Assembly: GCA_944386325.1 (NCBI GenBank)
Contig: CALXAP010000003.1
Coordinates: 2,488 to 66,487, forward strand
Direction of reading: 5' to 3'
Origin: an uncultured Clostridia bacterium
GTDB lineage: Bacteria; Bacillota; Clostridia; TANB77; CAG-508
Length of the DNA: 64,000 nucleotides
Notes under the pieces: model-generated
What the model was told of the DNA's origin: nothing
Seen by the model: only the letters and a program-made list of their open reading frames with translations
Databases searched by the model: none
Shown: one piece after another, positions 9,822-20,040 of the stretch
Layout: every line of letters begins with the position of its first letter
Numbering within the stretch: the stretch's first letter is position 1
Translations under genes and position numbers: made by a program

Positions 9822-11426
9822 ATGAAAGGATTTCTTACATGGTTTAAAGGTAGTACTAAAATGAAAAGATGGATGTTTTTAATATTAGTAGGTGTAGTAC
9901 TAGTTTGTTTTGGATTTTCAAATCTATTAATTTATGATGAAATGGGAGTTGTTGATGTAATAAAAGTAGTTGCTTCATTTGTTTTTGGATTTATATTTGT
10001 AACATTAGGTATTGTTTATATACAAAAAAGGACATTGGAACTCTTAATAGAAGCAAATGATACATTACCAGAAACAAGGAAAAATGCAGGTGTAAATATT
10101 CAATCATTAATTTTTAATAAAAAGGTATATGAAAAAGGACCAAAAATTGTTGTAATAGGTGGCGGAAATGGATTAAATATGGTTATTGAAGGGCTTAAAA
10201 ATTATACAAGCAATATTACAGCAATAGTAATGGTTACAGATTATGGCAATGCACCTTCAGATTCTAGAATGCAATTAAATTTACTGCCAATGGATGATAT
10301 AAAAGATAGTATAGCAGCTTTATCAGAAAATAAAGAAGTTATGGAATATCTGTTAAAATATAAGTTTAAAAATGCTAGAATGAAAAATTTAGTATTTGGT
10401 GATGTTTTATTATCAGCAATGGAAGAAATTTATGGTAATGTTTCTGATAGTGTTGAGAATACATCAAAAGTTTTAAATATGGTAGGAAGAGTTTTACCAG
10501 TAACTTCTGATAAGATTGATATATGTGCAGAATTAGAAGATGGAACTATTGTAAAGGAAAAAAATAAAATACCAGAAGTAGTATATGATAAGGTTTCAAA
10601 GATAAATAGAATATTTATAAATCCAACAAATTGTGTTGTAGCACCTGGAGTACTTGAGGCAATAAAAGAAGCTGATGCAATTGTAATTGGACCAGGAAGC
10701 ATTTATACAAATGTTATACCTAGTTTATTAGTAAAGGGAGTAGCAAGAACAATAAAAGAGAGTAAAGCATTTAAAATATATGTTAGCAATATAATGACAC
10801 AACCTGGTCAAACAGATAATTATAGTTTATCAGATCATATAGATGCTATTGTAGAACATGCAGGAGAAGGAATAATAGATTATTGTATATGTGATACAGG
10901 TGAGATTGTACCTGAATTTGTAAGAAGATATAATAAATTAGGTTCTGATATAGTAGAAAGAAATTATCAAGATATAAAAAATAAAAATATGAAAATAATA
11001 CAGAAAAATTTATCTAGAATAGAGGGAGAATATATAAGACATGATCCAGATATGGTTGCAAGTACAATAATGGAATTAATATGTACAGATTTGAAATTTA
11101 AAGATCAACAATATAATACTCAATATGTTCTTCTAAATTCTAAATTGAAAAAGCAAAAGAAAGATGAAAAATCTAAAAAGAAAATAAATGATGCAGTAAA
11201 CAAAGAAAATAGAAAAAGCCAAAAAAGCACAGAAGATAAATATAAAACAAAAAGTAAATTTAATAAAAAATATAGTGATAGAATAAGGGATATAAAAAAT
11301 AGTGATAAAATGAGAGAGAAAAATAAAAAAATATTTGAAGAAACAGGATCATTATATAGAGTTGAAAGCGAAATTGAAAAACAGGAAGGAAACTACACAC
11401 CAAGGAGACAAAAACATAAACATTAA
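9822..11426 (+). CDS. yvcK: YvcK/CofD-family (gluconeogenesis factor-type) protein with an N-terminal two-TM extension and a Lys-rich C-terminal tail
   Basis: Motifs VVIGGGNGL and GPGSIYTNVIPSLLV. Two hydrophobic helices in the first ~70 aa. The last ~110 aa are K/R/E-rich and of low complexity. Confidence 0.85.
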   Translation: MKGFLTWFKGSTKMKRWMFLILVGVVLVCFGFSNLLIYDEMGVVDVIKVVASFVFGFIFVTLGIVYIQKRTLELLIEANDTLPETRKNAGVNIQSLIFNKKVYEKGPKIVVIGGGNGLNMVIEGLKNYTSNITAIVMVTDYGNAPSDSRMQLNLLPMDDIKDSIAALSENKEVMEYLLKYKFKNARMKNLVFGDVLLSAMEEIYGNVSDSVENTSKVLNMVGRVLPVTSDKIDICAELEDGTIVKEKNKIPEVVYDKVSKINRIFINPTNCVVAPGVLEAIKEADAIVIGPGSIYTNVIPSLLVKGVARTIKESKAFKIYVSNIMTQPGQTDNYSLSDHIDAIVEHAGEGIIDYCICDTGEIVPEFVRRYNKLGSDIVERNYQDIKNKNMKIIQKNLSRIEGEYIRHDPDMVASTIMELICTDLKFKDQQYNTQYVLLNSKLKKQKKDEKSKKKINDAVNKENRKSQKSTEDKYKTKSKFNKKYSDRIRDIKNSDKMREKNKKIFEETGSLYRVESEIEKQEGNYTPRRQKHKH

Positions 11427-11443
11427 AATGTTAATTAAAAGTT

Positions 11444-11517
11444 GTTACAATTTATGCTATATGAATTTGATATAATAATATTTCATAAATTTTTCGGCTC
11501 AATACGATATTTAAGAA
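11444..11517. repeat. partial (left-half) copy of palindromic repeat element A
   Basis: GTTACAATT..TTTGATATAATAATATTTCATAAATTTTTCGGCTCAATACGATATTTAAGAA is nearly identical to the left halves at 32705 and 34449. Confidence 0.85.
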
Positions 11518-11593
11518 AAAGACTTTCCTTAAGAATATAATATTTATCAATGTAATAATTGCAAACATGAGATAAAAAAATGGAGGTATACAT

Positions 11594-13654
11594 ATGAAAT
11601 TTTTAAATAAAGAAATAGAATTAAAAGATGCATTACAAAGAGAATGGCTAATAACAAATGGAATAGGTGGATACTCATCATCAACAATAGTGGGGGCAAA
11701 TACAAGAAAATATCATGGACTTTTAGTTGCACCTTTAAATCCACCAGCAAATAGATATTTAATACTATCAAAAGTAGATGAAAGTATACAAATAGATGGA
11801 AAAAACTATATATTATATACTAACTTATGTAAAGATTATACATCAGAAGGTTATAAAAATTTAAGTTCATTTGAAAAAGATTATTTGCCTGTTTTTAAAT
11901 ATAATATTCAAGATATTGAAATTACAAAAACAATATGTATGCAACATTCAAGAAACACAGTATGTATATTATACAAAATTAAAAACAAAGATAAAAAAGC
12001 TAAATTTACAATAACACCTCTTTTAAATTTTAGAGATTTTCATACAATAAGTAGTGGAAAAAACTTTGATTTAAGAGAAATTATAAAAAATAGAAAAGTA
12101 AAAGTAGTTATAGACAATAATTCTGTAGTACCTGTATATATGAATTGTTCAGAAGGAAAATATATAGAACATAAAAATGATTCTTTTAAAAATATGTTTT
12201 ATATAAAAGAAGATGAAAGAGGATTTTATCCAGAGGAAAATCATTGTATACCTGGTAGATATGATATAGAAATTGATGAAAATGAGGAAAAAGAAATTAC
12301 TTTCACATGTTCATTAGAAGAAAATATTGATGAATTAGATGCAAAAGTGGTTATAGATAATGAAATAAAAAGAATAAAAGATATGATTAATAAAACAGAG
12401 ATATTTAAAGATTATCATATAGATAGAAGATCTAAAGATGCAAAATTTATAAAAGATTTAATTATGGCAACAGATAATTTTATTGTATATAGACCAAGTT
12501 TTAGATTACATACTATAATAGCTGGATATCCATGGTTTTTAGATTGGGGAAGAGATGCTTTAATTGCATTTGAAGGATTATTACTTGTAACAAAAAGATA
12601 TGATATTGCAAAAGAGGTTTTATATACATTTATAAGAAATATAAAATATGGATTAGTTCCAAATGGTTATTCAGGATTTGATAGTAGACCTTTATATAAT
12701 AGTGTAGATAGTTCATTATTATTATTTGAACAAATAAATAAATATTTAGAATATACAAATGATTATAAATTTGTAAAAAATGATATATTTTTAATATTAG
12801 AGAAAATAATAGATTCTTATACAAAAGGAATAGACTTTGATAATAATAATATATATCTAGATGAAGATAATTTAATTGTCAGCGGAACAGAAACTACACA
12901 AAATACATGGATGGATGCTAAAATTGATGGAAAGGCAATTACACCTAGAAATGGAAAAGCAGTTGAAATAAATGCTTTATGGTATAATGCATTAAAAACA
13001 ATGGAGAATCTTTGTTTAGAATTCAAAGAAAACGAAAAAGCCGAAAAATATAAAAAGATGGCATTAGCTACAAAAAAATCTTTTAATAAGAAATTTTATA
13101 ATCATCCAAAAAGAACTCTTTATGATGTTTTGGGTGATGATAAAATAAGACCTAATCAATTATTTAGTTTGTCTTTAACATATCCTGTGCTAGATCCTTC
13201 TTGTAAAAATGCAGAACATATAATGAAAACAGTAAGAATGAAATTATTAAATAAGTATGGATTAAAGACTTTAGCAAAAAATGAAAAAGGATATGTGGAT
13301 ATATATGAGGGAAGTCCATTTAAAAGAGATTCATCATATCATCAAGGTATAACATGGCCATGGCTTTTGGGATTATATAGTTCAGCACAAAAAAATATGA
13401 TAAAATATGAGAAAAGAAAAACAATAAAAAGACAATTGGAAGAAGAGCATTATGCATTTTTATTAAAAATAAAAAATAATTACAAAAAAGCATTATATAA
13501 TGATGGTGCAGTAGGATTTATATCTGAAATATATGATTCAGTTCCTCCATATAAGGCAAGAGGAACAATTGCACAAGCTTGGAGTGTATCTGAAGTTTTA
13601 AAAATTATTTTAGAAGAAAAGAAGGTAAATGGGAATGAGAATTCTAGGTATTGA
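11594..13654 (+). CDS. glycogen debranching enzyme (amylo-alpha-1,6-glucosidase family)
   Basis: GIGGYSSSTIVGANTRKYHGLLVA at the N-terminus. GYPWFLDWGRDALIA and QAWSVSEVL are typical of the GDE C-terminal domain. Confidence 0.85.
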   Translation: MKFLNKEIELKDALQREWLITNGIGGYSSSTIVGANTRKYHGLLVAPLNPPANRYLILSKVDESIQIDGKNYILYTNLCKDYTSEGYKNLSSFEKDYLPVFKYNIQDIEITKTICMQHSRNTVCILYKIKNKDKKAKFTITPLLNFRDFHTISSGKNFDLREIIKNRKVKVVIDNNSVVPVYMNCSEGKYIEHKNDSFKNMFYIKEDERGFYPEENHCIPGRYDIEIDENEEKEITFTCSLEENIDELDAKVVIDNEIKRIKDMINKTEIFKDYHIDRRSKDAKFIKDLIMATDNFIVYRPSFRLHTIIAGYPWFLDWGRDALIAFEGLLLVTKRYDIAKEVLYTFIRNIKYGLVPNGYSGFDSRPLYNSVDSSLLLFEQINKYLEYTNDYKFVKNDIFLILEKIIDSYTKGIDFDNNNIYLDEDNLIVSGTETTQNTWMDAKIDGKAITPRNGKAVEINALWYNALKTMENLCLEFKENEKAEKYKKMALATKKSFNKKFYNHPKRTLYDVLGDDKIRPNQLFSLSLTYPVLDPSCKNAEHIMKTVRMKLLNKYGLKTLAKNEKGYVDIYEGSPFKRDSSYHQGITWPWLLGLYSSAQKNMIKYEKRKTIKRQLEEEHYAFLLKIKNNYKKALYNDGAVGFISEIYDSVPPYKARGTIAQAWSVSEVLKIILEEKKVNGNENSRY

Positions 13655-14129
13655 TCCTGGGTTTGCAATAACTGGTTATAGTGTAATTGATTATATTGGA
13701 AATAAATTTAAACTTATTACTAGTGGAGCGATTACAACAGAAGCTGGTTTAGCATTTCCAACTAGATTGACAATTATATATGATGAATTAGGTGAAATAA
13801 TACATAAATATAATCCAGAAGTTATAGCAGTTGAAGAGCTGTTTTTCAATCAAAACATAAAAACAGCAATAAATGTAGCACAAGCAAGAGGAATAGTATT
13901 AGTAGTAGGATGTAAAAATTCAATTCCAACATATGAATATACTCCTTTGCAAATTAAACAAGCTGTTGTTGGATATGGAAGGGCAGAAAAAAAACAGGTT
14001 CAACAAATGGTTAAAGCAATATTAAATGTTAAAGAAGTTCCAAAGCTAGATGATATTACAGATAGTATGGCAGCTGCAATATGTCATGCACATTCATCAA
14101 AGTTTTCAGAAGAATTTAGAGTAAGATAG
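13629..14129 (+). CDS. ruvC: crossover junction endodeoxyribonuclease RuvC
   Basis: Motifs ILGIDPG, AVEELFF and DDITDSMAAAICH. The start is 13629 or 13635. It overlaps the 3' end of the preceding gene. Confidence 0.9.
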   Translation: MGMRILGIDPGFAITGYSVIDYIGNKFKLITSGAITTEAGLAFPTRLTIIYDELGEIIHKYNPEVIAVEELFFNQNIKTAINVAQARGIVLVVGCKNSIPTYEYTPLQIKQAVVGYGRAEKKQVQQMVKAILNVKEVPKLDDITDSMAAAICHAHSSKFSEEFRVR

Positions 14130-14137
14130 GTGAAATT

Positions 14138-15148
14138 ATGACACTTAGTGAACTAGATAAATTTATAAAAAATCCTAATGGAATAGTTTTATTTTATGGT
14201 GATAATACATATTTACTAGAGCAATATGTAAGAAAAATAAAAAAGTCTTTTGGTGAATGTGTACAAGGTATAAATTATATAGTAGTAGATGAAGGTAATA
14301 TAGATAATATTGTATCTGATATATCTACACCAGCTTTTGGATATGAGAAAAAATTAATTATAGTAAAAAAATGTAATTTATTAAAAAAAGAAGCTAAAAC
14401 AAAAAGTAAAAATCTTTCTATTAAGAGTAAATTAAATGATTATATAAAAGAAAATATTGAGCAGATTAAAGAATCTACAATTGTTTTGATTATAGAAGAT
14501 GATGTAGATAAAACTGAATTACTTTCTACAATAGAAAAATATGGTTTTGTCTATAATTTTAAGGAGTTAAAGATTAATGATATTATAAAAAATATAGTAA
14601 ATATATTTAATATGTACAATATGAAAATATCTAACGAGAATGCAAAATATATTGTAGAATTAGTTGGAACTGATATGCAAGATATTATAAATGAAATATG
14701 GAAATTGGTTTCTTATAAAAATAATACAGGTGAAGTTGTAAAAGAAGAAATAGATTTGATAGTTACAAGAAAAGTGGAAGCAGTAATATTTGATTTAACA
14801 GATAATCTTGGAAATAAAAATATAGCAAAAGCAATAGATGTATTAAATGGATTATTATATAATAAAGAGCCAATTCAAAAAATTTTAATAACACTATATA
14901 ATCATTTTAAAAGATTATATATATATAAATTATCAGAAGAATATAATATGAATGCCTTAGAGTGTTTAAACTTAAAACCTAATCAAACTTTTTTAGTATC
15001 AAAATATAAAAAGCAATCAGCATATTTTAATGAGAAAGAATTAGACAATATATTAAAAGAGTTTAGAGATTTGGATTATAAATATAAAATTGGATTAATT
15101 GATTTAAATATAGGTTTAGAATCAATTCTTTGTAAATATTGTAGTTAA
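14138..15148 (+). CDS. holA: DNA polymerase III subunit delta
   Basis: Size and N-terminal pattern (VLFYGDNTYLLEQ) fit. holA-gpr neighbourhood. Confidence 0.75.
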   Translation: MTLSELDKFIKNPNGIVLFYGDNTYLLEQYVRKIKKSFGECVQGINYIVVDEGNIDNIVSDISTPAFGYEKKLIIVKKCNLLKKEAKTKSKNLSIKSKLNDYIKENIEQIKESTIVLIIEDDVDKTELLSTIEKYGFVYNFKELKINDIIKNIVNIFNMYNMKISNENAKYIVELVGTDMQDIINEIWKLVSYKNNTGEVVKEEIDLIVTRKVEAVIFDLTDNLGNKNIAKAIDVLNGLLYNKEPIQKILITLYNHFKRLYIYKLSEEYNMNALECLNLKPNQTFLVSKYKKQSAYFNEKELDNILKEFRDLDYKYKIGLIDLNIGLESILCKYCS

Positions 15149-15157
15149 ACATGTATA

Positions 15158-15200
15158 AAAATCTCTCTTTTGTAAAATATTACAAAAGAGAGATTTTTTT
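15158..15200 (+). terminator. rho-independent terminator after holA
   Basis: AAATCTCTCTTTTGTA / TACAAAAGAGAGATTT stem followed by a T-run. Confidence 0.85.
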
Positions 15201-15258
15201 CAATAGTAGATTAGTTATAAATTTAATAGAAAGCATTTTTGCTTGAATGGAGGTTTTT

Positions 15259-16191
15259 ATGATAAATTTTAAAACAGATTTAGCTGATGAAAGAAGAGAC
15301 ATATATAGAAAAGCAAATAATATTGCAAATGAAATTCCTGGAATTGAGACTTCTGAAAAAGAAGAAAATGGAATTAAAACTACAAAAGTAAAAATATTAA
15401 ATGATGAAGGGGCAAATGCAATTGGTAAACCAATAGGAAATTATATAACAATTGATATTAAAAATTTAAGAATTGCACAAAAAGATGAGATAGAAAATGC
15501 AGCACAAGTTTTAAATGGTGAATTAAAAGAATTGTATAATAGCCATATAAATAATGGGGAAGATATTTTAGTAGTAGGACTTGGAAATATTCAAGTAACA
15601 CCAGATGCTTTAGGACCAAGAGTTATAAATGATATAGATGTAACAAGACATTTATTAAATTATGCTCCACAGTATTTAGAGCCGGGAACAAGATGTGTTA
15701 GTGCTATTTCTCCAGGAGTTTTAGGTACTACTGGTATTGAAACACAGGAAATACTACAAGGAATAGTTGAGAGAATTAAACCAAAATTAATAATAGTTAT
15801 TGATAGTTTAGCATCAAAGAGTATGGAAAGAATAAGTAGTACAATTCAAATTGCAGATACTGGTATTGTTCCAGGTGCGGGTGTTGGAAATAAAAGAAGA
15901 GAATTAACAGTTAATACACTAGGTGTTCCAGTTATTGCATTAGGTGTGCCCACTTGTGTTGATGCAGCTACATTAACTTCTGATTGTTTAGATATTTTTA
16001 TTGAGAAATTGCAAGAAGAGGCAAAATCTAATGATTATTTAAATAATTTGAAAAATGAAGATAAATATACAATGATAAAAGAGGCTCTTTTACCAAAGGA
16101 TTTTAATTTTATTGTTACTCCAAAAGAAATAGATGATTTAATTGAAAATATGTCATCTGTTATTGCAAGAGGAATAAATTTATCATTATAA
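15259..16191 (+). CDS. gpr: GPR endopeptidase (spore germination protease)
   Basis: Motifs TDLADERR, VVGLGNIQVTPDALGP and IVIDSLA. ATG at 15259 follows GGAGG. Confidence 0.9.
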   Translation: MINFKTDLADERRDIYRKANNIANEIPGIETSEKEENGIKTTKVKILNDEGANAIGKPIGNYITIDIKNLRIAQKDEIENAAQVLNGELKELYNSHINNGEDILVVGLGNIQVTPDALGPRVINDIDVTRHLLNYAPQYLEPGTRCVSAISPGVLGTTGIETQEILQGIVERIKPKLIIVIDSLASKSMERISSTIQIADTGIVPGAGVGNKRRELTVNTLGVPVIALGVPTCVDAATLTSDCLDIFIEKLQEEAKSNDYLNNLKNEDKYTMIKEALLPKDFNFIVTPKEIDDLIENMSSVIARGINLSL

Positions 16192-16277
16192 TGCTTTATG
16201 TGAGTGTAACTTTTTTTGATTTAAATTGTATTAAAGTAAATGATATAATTTATAATAACTTGGAAAGGGAGTATAAA

Positions 16278-16844
16278 ATGATAGATGATATAGTATTAGA
16301 AGATAAAACTGATATAGATTTATATAAAGAATTTATAAATGGAAATAAAGATGCTTTTAATGAAATTGTAAATAGATATAGAGATATATTAATATTATTT
16401 ATACTAAGATATGTGAAAAATATGGAAATAGCAGAAGATTTAGCACAAGATACTTTTGTATATGTTCTTATAAATAAGAAGGAGTATGATTTTAAATACA
16501 GTTTAAAAACATATTTATTTACTATTGCTAAATGTAGATCGATAAATTATATAAAAAAACAAAAGAAAAATGTACAATTTTCAGATATTAATTTAGAAGA
16601 TTTAAACAGTATAAGTATTGATGAAAGTTTAATAAGACAAGAAAATAGAGAAATTATATTAAATGCTATGACAAAAATAAAAGATGAATATCAAGTATTG
16701 ATTTATTTAAGAGATATACAAGGATTTAATTATAAAGAAATTTGTAAAATATTAGACAAAACTATGGCACAAGTTAAAATTTCTATATATAGAGCAAGAA
16801 AATCTCTTGAAAAAATTATAAGAAAGGAGGGAGAAATATGTTAG
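16278..16844 (+). CDS. ECF-type RNA polymerase sigma-70 family factor
   Basis: Region 2 (AEDLAQDTFVYV) and region 4 HTH (YKEICKILDKTMAQVKISIYRARKSL). ATG at 16278 follows GGAAAGGGAG; the track start at 16191 is unsupported. Confidence 0.85.
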   Translation: MIDDIVLEDKTDIDLYKEFINGNKDAFNEIVNRYRDILILFILRYVKNMEIAEDLAQDTFVYVLINKKEYDFKYSLKTYLFTIAKCRSINYIKKQKKNVQFSDINLEDLNSISIDESLIRQENREIILNAMTKIKDEYQVLIYLRDIQGFNYKEICKILDKTMAQVKISIYRARKSLEKIIRKEGEIC

Positions 16845-17932
16845 ATAATAAGGAGTTTTTAGATGGGGTTTGGAAAAAATATTCAGATTATAGTAAAAAC
16901 AAAACAAATGATAAATTTTATACAAAACATTATTACAAAAATACAGAAGGAAATAGGATAATAAGAAGTTTAGCAATGGTAATGCTAGTTGTAACATTTG
17001 GATTTGGTGTGACATATGCAGGTACATATATATATGAAAAAATTTGGAAGCAGCCAGAAACATATAGTAGTGAAGAAGTTAGACAAATAACACCAAATGA
17101 TGTAGATGAGAGTTTAACTAAAGATGAAGCAATAAATATAGCAAGAAAGATAACAGAAAATTTAGGAAAAAATTTTGGAAATGTTGTAAGAGCTGAAATG
17201 AATAAAATAGATATTTATGATTTAAATTGGTATATTGATACAGATACTAAAATTTCTGTTAGTATTGATGCAAAAACAGGAAAATTAAAACAGATTTCTG
17301 ATTGGGGAATAGATGATACAAAAATAGAATCAAAGGTTTCAAAAGATGAAGCAGAAAGAATTGCAAAACAAATTTATAATGAACTAGGATATAAAGATGG
17401 AGAATATGAATTAGCTTCTCTTAAGAAAAATGCATTAACAGATGATACTAATCTTTGGGGAGCGGATTTCTGTAAAAAATATGATGGAATATATAATATA
17501 TATCAATGTGTTAGAATAACTTTTATTCCAGAAATTAAACAATTAACAATATATACACTATTTGATGATGAATTTGAGAATAATCCAATTATTATAAGTA
17601 AAGAACAAGCTATTGAAACTGCAAAAAATAAAGCTATAAGTATGAGACCTGAAGGAATAATTGAGAGTATAGATGCAAAACTTGATATTAGAAAAATGAA
17701 TGCATTTGTTTATTCACAAGAACAATCAATAATAGAAAGGGATAATAATATAATATCTAACACAATAACAATTCAAAATACAGATGATAATCAAGTATAT
17801 GTAACAAATGAGACAGTAAGAAAAGTTTGGGTAGTAGAAATTGTATACAAAAGTGATTTATTTGCTGATAAAAATAGTTATTTTGTAGATTGCACAACAG
17901 GTGAAATAATAGGTGGAGATAGTGTTAAGTAA
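16838..17932 (+). CDS. membrane-anchored putative anti-sigma factor with three PepSY-like repeats
   Basis: Overlaps the sigma gene stop. One TM helix. Repeated (T/S)K(D/E)EA..IAK modules. Confidence 0.6.
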   Translation: MLDNKEFLDGVWKKYSDYSKNKTNDKFYTKHYYKNTEGNRIIRSLAMVMLVVTFGFGVTYAGTYIYEKIWKQPETYSSEEVRQITPNDVDESLTKDEAINIARKITENLGKNFGNVVRAEMNKIDIYDLNWYIDTDTKISVSIDAKTGKLKQISDWGIDDTKIESKVSKDEAERIAKQIYNELGYKDGEYELASLKKNALTDDTNLWGADFCKKYDGIYNIYQCVRITFIPEIKQLTIYTLFDDEFENNPIIISKEQAIETAKNKAISMRPEGIIESIDAKLDIRKMNAFVYSQEQSIIERDNNIISNTITIQNTDDNQVYVTNETVRKVWVVEIVYKSDLFADKNSYFVDCTTGEIIGGDSVK

Positions 17933-17940
17933 TATATAAA

Positions 17941-17985
17941 TCAAGAAGAAACTAAGAATTATTATTCTTAGTTTCTTCTTGATTT
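17941..17985. terminator. bidirectional terminator hairpin between convergent genes
   Basis: 19-bp perfect stem TCAAGAAGAAACTAAGAAT / ATTCTTAGTTTCTTCTTGA, flanked by A/T runs. Confidence 0.85.
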
Positions 17986-17987
17986 AA

Positions 17988-18179
17988 TTATGTAATTTTA
18001 TTTAATATTGTATTTATTGTTTCTTTATTTTCTTTTTGTAAATTATTTGAATAGTCAAGTTCTTCTAAGATATTATCTAAAGCAGAAAGAGCTAATTTAA
18101 AGTCCTCATATTTTTTGTTAATATCATTTCTTAAATTGTCTATTTCAGCAAGTATAATTTTTACATTTTCATCACTCAT
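17988..18179 (-). CDS. small coiled-coil hypothetical protein; the only minus-strand gene I accept
   Basis: GGAGG lies 6 nt upstream of the ATG on the minus strand. 63 aa, helical and charged. Confidence 0.6.
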   Translation of the reverse strand: MSDENVKIILAEIDNLRNDINKKYEDFKLALSALDNILEELDYSNNLQKENKETINTILNKIT

Positions 18180-18324
18180 AAAAAAACCTCCATTTCTGTC
18201 CGCTAGGACTATATATTAAAAATTTTTGTAAAAGTATAACATTATTTTTACAAAAAGTCAAAAGGTTTAAATACATAAATTAGGATATAATAATGATAAA
18301 TACTATAGTAAAAAGGAGAATGCT

Positions 18325-20031
18325 TTGAAAAAAGTAGGAAAAATAATAAAAAAATATAAAAAAGAATTAATAATAGGTCCAATATTAAAATTAGTAGAAG
18401 CTATAATAGAAGTAATTATTCCAATAATAATAGCTAAAGTTATAGATAATATATTTACATACAGTATCGATGACAAAATAAAAATTGGTTCTATAATATT
18501 ATTAATAACTATATTTGGATATGTTTTTGCTTCGATAAGTCAATATATAGCTACTAAAGTATCACAGAGTATTGGAAAATCGCTAAGATTAGAATTATTC
18601 AAACATATTTTTAAAATTCCAAATAAATATGTAGATAAAATAGGTTCTTTAGCAATTGTAAATAGATTAACAAATGATATTTTTAATATTGAAATTGCAA
18701 TTGCTATGTGGATAAGGCTTGTAATAAGAGTTCCTTTCATATGTATAGCTTCACTTGTAATGATAGGCTTTATAAATATGAAAATTGCATTAATGGTTTT
18801 TGTCTCAACAATAATATTTTCATTAGCAATATATATTATTATAAAAGTAACAATTCCATTATTTAAAAAAGCTAATAAAGCATTAGATAAATTATTAGCA
18901 AAAACTAAAGAAGAAATTATTAATATTAAAATTATAAGAAGTTTTGTAACAGAAAATAGCGAGTTAAATAAATTCGACAAAATAAATGAAGAAAATTTTA
19001 AATATTCTAAAAAAGCAAATATATTTTCTTCATTGCTTAGTCCAATAACAAGTATAATATTAAATATTACTATAATTTTAATATTGATTAATGGAAATAT
19101 TCAAATAAAATCTAATTTATTAACACAAGGAGAATTAATTGCAATAATTAACTATGTTACTCAAATTTTAATATCTGTAATAATATTATCTAATCTAATA
19201 AGTATATATACTAAAGCTTTTTCTTCTATAAATAGAGTTAATGATATATTTGATGTAGAAGAAGAAAAAGAAACTGGAACAATAGAAAAAGTAATTGAAG
19301 GAGTAAAAGATATAATAAGATTTGAAAATGTAAATTTTTCATACAATAACAAAAATTTATTGCTTAAAAATATTAATGTAAATATAAAAAAAGGAGAAAT
19401 AATAGGAATAATTGGAACAACAAGCTCAGGTAAATCTACTTTTTTAGAATTGATAAACAGAAGTTATATACCTAATTCAGGTAATATATTTTTTTATGAT
19501 TTAAATTTATCTGAATATACAGATTCTTATATTAAGAAAAATATAAAAATAATAGAACAAAATCCAATATTTTTAAGAGATTCAATAAAAAATAATATAA
19601 AGTTATCTTATAAAGCAGATAATAATGAGATAAATAAAGCAGTAGTTTTATCAGAAGTAGATGAATTTATAAAAACAAAATCAGAAGGTTTAGATTATAT
19701 AATAAAAAATGATGGTAATAATTTATCTGGAGGTCAAAAGCAACGAATTGCTTTAGCTAGAATGTTTATGGGAAAACCAAAGATTATAATACTAGATAAT
19801 ATAACTAGTGCATTAGATTTAAAAACAGAAAGTAGAGTAATAAATAATATAATAAATTATGTAAATAAAAATGATATAACATTATTAATAGCATCTCAAA
19901 AAGTAAATATAGTAAAAAAATGCGACAAAATATTAGTGTTTGATTCAGGTTATATTGTTGGATACGGAACTCATGAAGAGTTATTAAAAAATTGCGATTT
20001 ATATAATTATATAAATATGTTACAAAATTAA
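18325..20031 (+). CDS. ABC exporter permease/ATPase subunit with degenerate Walker B and H-loop
   Basis: Walker A GTTSSGKST and canonical LSGGQKQR. Walker B is IIILDN (N in place of the catalytic E). The H-loop is IASQ (Q in place of H). Confidence 0.9.
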   Translation: MKKVGKIIKKYKKELIIGPILKLVEAIIEVIIPIIIAKVIDNIFTYSIDDKIKIGSIILLITIFGYVFASISQYIATKVSQSIGKSLRLELFKHIFKIPNKYVDKIGSLAIVNRLTNDIFNIEIAIAMWIRLVIRVPFICIASLVMIGFINMKIALMVFVSTIIFSLAIYIIIKVTIPLFKKANKALDKLLAKTKEEIINIKIIRSFVTENSELNKFDKINEENFKYSKKANIFSSLLSPITSIILNITIILILINGNIQIKSNLLTQGELIAIINYVTQILISVIILSNLISIYTKAFSSINRVNDIFDVEEEKETGTIEKVIEGVKDIIRFENVNFSYNNKNLLLKNINVNIKKGEIIGIIGTTSSGKSTFLELINRSYIPNSGNIFFYDLNLSEYTDSYIKKNIKIIEQNPIFLRDSIKNNIKLSYKADNNEINKAVVLSEVDEFIKTKSEGLDYIIKNDGNNLSGGQKQRIALARMFMGKPKIIILDNITSALDLKTESRVINNIINYVNKNDITLLIASQKVNIVKKCDKILVFDSGYIVGYGTHEELLKNCDLYNYINMLQN

Positions 20032-20040
20032 GTAATTTAA

